Source: Cystobasidiomycetes sp. EMM_F5 (Eukaryota). Taken from it: DNA of 64,000 nucleotides. Made by a program: the position numbers and the translations under genes. Below, piece by piece: positions 60,566-64,000 of this stretch (its first letter is position 1; each line of letters begins with the position of its first letter). The stretch is taken from the NCBI GenBank assembly GCA_051047955.1, contig JBPGPT010000012.1:248001-312000 (forward strand). The letters are read 5' to 3'. Under the pieces are notes generated by a model. That model was not told the origin of the DNA. It did no database searches and saw only the letters and a list, made by a program, of their open reading frames with translations.

Positions 60566-62678
60566 ATGTCCAGCGGACACAGGTAGGCGCTACAATGTCC
60601 TTATCGATGGGTCTGTGTGCTAAGACGGAGATGCGCTGTCTCGTCCAGCTTGAACAGCTCAAATGTCGTCGGTGTCCACTACCGTGTGGGCAAAAAGATT
60701 GGCGAAGGCAGTGTAAGCGCTGGTCTCATACTTCATCCAGCTTGCTTTCTGCATTCTGACGTACACTCTTAACAGTTTGGCGTAATCTTTGAAGGTAGCG
60801 AACTCCCTACGCTTTCGTAGAAGACGAGCGGCGCTGACCCCACCTTATGTAGGTACCAATTTACTGAACAACCAGACTGTTGCAATCAAGTTTGTATGTG
60901 CATTCTACTCTCCCAACCCTCGAGGCCATATTGAGCAGTAAATACAGGAACCACGCAAGAGCGATGCGCCCCAACTACGAGATGAGTATCGCACCTACAA
61001 GATTCTCGCAGGATCGCGTGAGTGTATGCGTTAAAGACGGACACTCATCAAAGTCTGAAGCTGTTTAATTTGCAGCCGGTATCCCCCAAGTCTATTATTT
61101 TGGACAGGAAGGCTTGCATAATATTCTGGTCATCGACCTGCTGGGGCCGAGCTTGGAAGACCTCTTTGATATGTGCGGGCGAAAGTTCAGCGTCAAGACT
61201 GTCGTAATGACAGCCAAACAAATGGTGGGTGTGGAGATGCTTATTGTCGATCGAGCCATTTCTGATGCACCACTCCATGATTGATGCGTTAATGATTCAT
61301 CACTTCGTAATTGATGCGACAGCTATCGAGGGTACAGACAATTCATGAGAAGAATCTCATATATCGCGATATTAAGCCTGACAACTTTTTGATCGGTCGT
61401 CCTGGCACCAAAGGCGCCAATGTTGTGCATGTCGTCGACTTCGGTATGGCTAAGCAGTACAGAGACCCAAAGACCAAGCAACATATTCCATACCGAGAGC
61501 GCAAAAGCTTATCCGGCACTGCTCGATACATGAGTATCAACACGCATCTGGGTCGAGGTAGGCTGAAACATGCAGATACTTTGCATGCAGTAGGCTGAAC
61601 GCGCTAGCAGAGCAATCCCGGCGTGACGACTTGGAAGCTCTCGGTCATGTATTTATGTACTTTCTTCGCGGAGGCCTGCCGTGGCAGGGTCTCAAGGCTG
61701 CTACCAACAAGCAAAAATATGAAAAGATTGGTGAAAAGAAGCAGACAACTGCCATCAAGGAGTTGTGCGAAGGCTTTCCTGAAGAATTCAACATATATCT
61801 CAACTATGTTCGGAAGCTGGGTTTTGAGGAAACGCCAGACTATGAGTTTCTCCGGGAACTGTTTACAAAGGTTTTGAAAAATGCCGGAGAACCCGAAGAC
61901 GGCATGTACGATTGGATGTTGCTCAACAACGGCAAAGGCTGGGAAGCTGCAGCGTCGAGAAGTAGCGTGAGCCGCGATTGCTTTATTCCCCTCTAATCAG
62001 CTGACGCGACGCCATCGGCAGGCTCTTCAATACGAACGTGAGAGAGCCAATCGAGGCAGTGGCGTACCTCGCGAGCAAAGAGAGCGCGAACGAGCAGAAA
62101 GGCACCAGCAGCGAGCTTCGGCGCAGGCAGCCGGCACAACTCCGGGACAGCCAGGTCAGCCAGGTGTCATTCCACCTTCACCGGCACTCGTTCGAACCAA
62201 TTCTCGCGGAAAAGGCGCTCGTCATTCGGACCTTCCCTCAGCCTCAAACGTTGCCATTACTGGCGCGAGAGCTCCGAATCTTCTAGGCCAGCCACAGCCC
62301 AAGAGGCAATCTTCCAGTCAGGCCGTAGCACCCGGTACGCCTGGCGGAGATTACGCCTATGGCAGTTCGCCAGTCAACGGTAGCGACTACCTCCAGTCTC
62401 AAAATGCATATCCTTCGCAAAATCAGAATCCTAGATACACCACCGACAGCTACGGCGGTGCGCAAAGTGGATCCGCGCAGCCGAACGGACAAAGCGCGCC
62501 AGTTACGCCGGTCAACGGACAGGATCCGGCTCAAAATATTGGACGTGCAGCTGGACAGGGTATGCAAGGGAATGCCCATATGGGCAACGGAGAATACATG
62601 GATCACGAAGATCAGGACCGACCACACCGAAGCGGGTTTTCCAAATTCATGGACATACTCACGTGCCGATGCGGGTGA
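60566..62678 (+). CDS. YCK2: Casein kinase I, Yck1/Yck2 (membrane-anchored) type
   Basis: [51 protein letters not shown]. The C-terminal LTCRCG* carries likely palmitoylated cysteines. Confidence 0.95.
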
Positions 62679-63303
62679 AGGTGCTCAGAGGGAAAACCGG
62701 CTTCGAGTTGATAAATCTACAGCTCGTTTCCCTACATCTCATGCGTCTAGACTTCTGTGCCAAAAACGCAATGTCCGGCCGCTACGCGAGACTGGAATTC
62801 TCCGTTTCTCTCCGGCATTCGCCCAGTTTTGTATTCTGCGACAAAGGCCCTGCTCATCCTCCTTGACGACGTTGACGACACCTTCATCACACTCATTCGC
62901 GATACCCCGTCATTAATACTGTATAATCTGGATTGTACTTTCGCTGTACTTCTATGGGCCTGACATGGGCATCCAAGAAATTGGAACATAAAGCGAGGCG
63001 CGCTCTGGCAATCTCGTATATTTCCGGAAGCACAAGCTCTCCTCGTAAGGTCTCTGCACCCTGTTCCAAACTTCGCTCGCCTGCGAGTCAAAGGTCTCGC
63101 TTTTCCACCATCTAGTTTTTATGATGTTGTCGCAGAAGGGGAGTTAGCTGTTGCAAGCGCACTGCAATGCCACAAAGTACTGATTGTCAAGTCGTTTTGT
63201 GGTGTTGCGAAATGTCTAATATCCCGATATATACATGGGTCGCAGGATGCTGTCGTCGGTGCGTCTTGGACCATACCGAAACTGCCCACGACTGCTGCCC
63301 ACC

Positions 63304-64000
63304 ATGCCGTTCGCCTCCATGACGATGGAAGACAAGGAGGCATTCTATGCCTTGCTTGACGAGTAAGTCTTGGAATTGTCGAAATGCTGTTCCCGCGCAC
63401 CATCGGCGTCATCGAGCAGCAGCGATTTTTTGAAAGCTTTGCTGTCCAGCTTGGGCAAGCGGTGTCCCGCATTATTACCCTACTCATACGATGCCTGTGC
63501 AGATACTTCGAAAGCCGCAAAGAGCTCTTTGCGAGTTGGGTCAATCAATCTCATAGCGCGGCAGCACCGGCAGCGCCAATGGCACATAGACCAGTCACCA
63601 ATACAAGAACAGTAGCACGTAAGCGTTCCTTATCTAGTATTGCGAAGCGTTGACTGATTAGCCTATTACACACTTCATACCTTCTGCAACGCCGCTTGCT
63701 TGGGCGTTAATTCAATGGGATCCGTCATCTCATGCTTGCCCCCAACTATTATGTCATGCACATCCTAAATACGCTGTCTTTGTAGCTGCCCCGTCACCCC
63801 GCGCCAGAGCCGGAAGCGAGACACACAATGCTTCGCCCACATCAAGCAGTCCACAGCCAGCGCAGACCGGACCCACCAATCCATACGGCATCACGGTTCC
63901 TTCGCTATCAGATTTGAGAGATCCACGGTTCCAATCTGCTTTCAAAGCCGCTAGCAGTGGGCTTGTTGCGGCAGGCGGATTTGCCAACAAGTACATGATG
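63304..64000 (+). CDS. 5' part of a basidiomycete-type protein (runs off the window)
   Basis: MPFASMTMEDKEAFYALLDE|YFESRKELF, followed by a P/S/A-rich exon. Two introns of about 140 and 167 nt. Confidence 0.65.

Noticed and set aside
1270..62678. TGA-CTA stop-codon readthrough giving cryptic peroxisomal isoforms
   Set aside because: The stops I checked (LUC7, HIS4, GSK3, CAP60, CK1, AsaB-like, HMGCL) lack that context.
1..64000. Apparent frameshifts and split ORFs read as pseudogenes or recoding
   Set aside because: The breaks I examined are explained by GT(GC)-AG introns with CTRAY branch points that restore conserved motifs.
1..64000. CRISPR arrays, transposons, tRNA/rRNA, spliceosomal snRNAs
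   Set aside because: No repeat-spacer array, transposase/RT motif, LTR/TIR, T-loop cloverleaf or U1/U2/U6 signature was seen by eye. A scan could still find small RNAs.

Overview
This is eukaryotic fungal genomic DNA (~52% GC by eye). It is gene-dense, with about 27 protein-coding genes broken by many short (mostly 50-80 nt) spliceosomal introns carrying CTRAY branch points. The protein families point to a basidiomycete yeast, probably Pucciniomycotina (inference). Recognisable genes in order: a small membrane protein, LUC7, a short KDM5/JARID1 demethylase, RPL19, a mitochondrial LEA/apolipophorin-like protein, a GT71 mannosyltransferase, an AsaB/CmcJ-like oxygenase, HIS4, a DUF3295 protein, a PPR protein, a GT31 glycosyltransferase, an Lst2-like protein without FYVE, AIM29, SFI1, GSK3, VMA11, RAE1, HMG-CoA lyase, an RBR E3 ligase, a divergent CAP64-family/CAP60 pair, a class III chitin synthase and a Yck-type casein kinase I. 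I saw no tRNA, rRNA, transposon or CRISPR. The most notable observations are (1) a head-to-head pair of Cryptococcus capsule-gene homologues next to a chitin synthase, a candidate extracellular-polysaccharide module, and (2) a FYVE-less homologue of the animal EGFR regulator Lst2. Also of interest are a structured long RPL19 intron, long ATG-free leaders (including a possible non-AUG extension of GSK3), GC-AG introns, microexons at catalytic motifs, and GTCAG clusters in divergent promoters. Gene spans include introns. Splice models were read by eye and family calls come from remembered motifs, not database searches.
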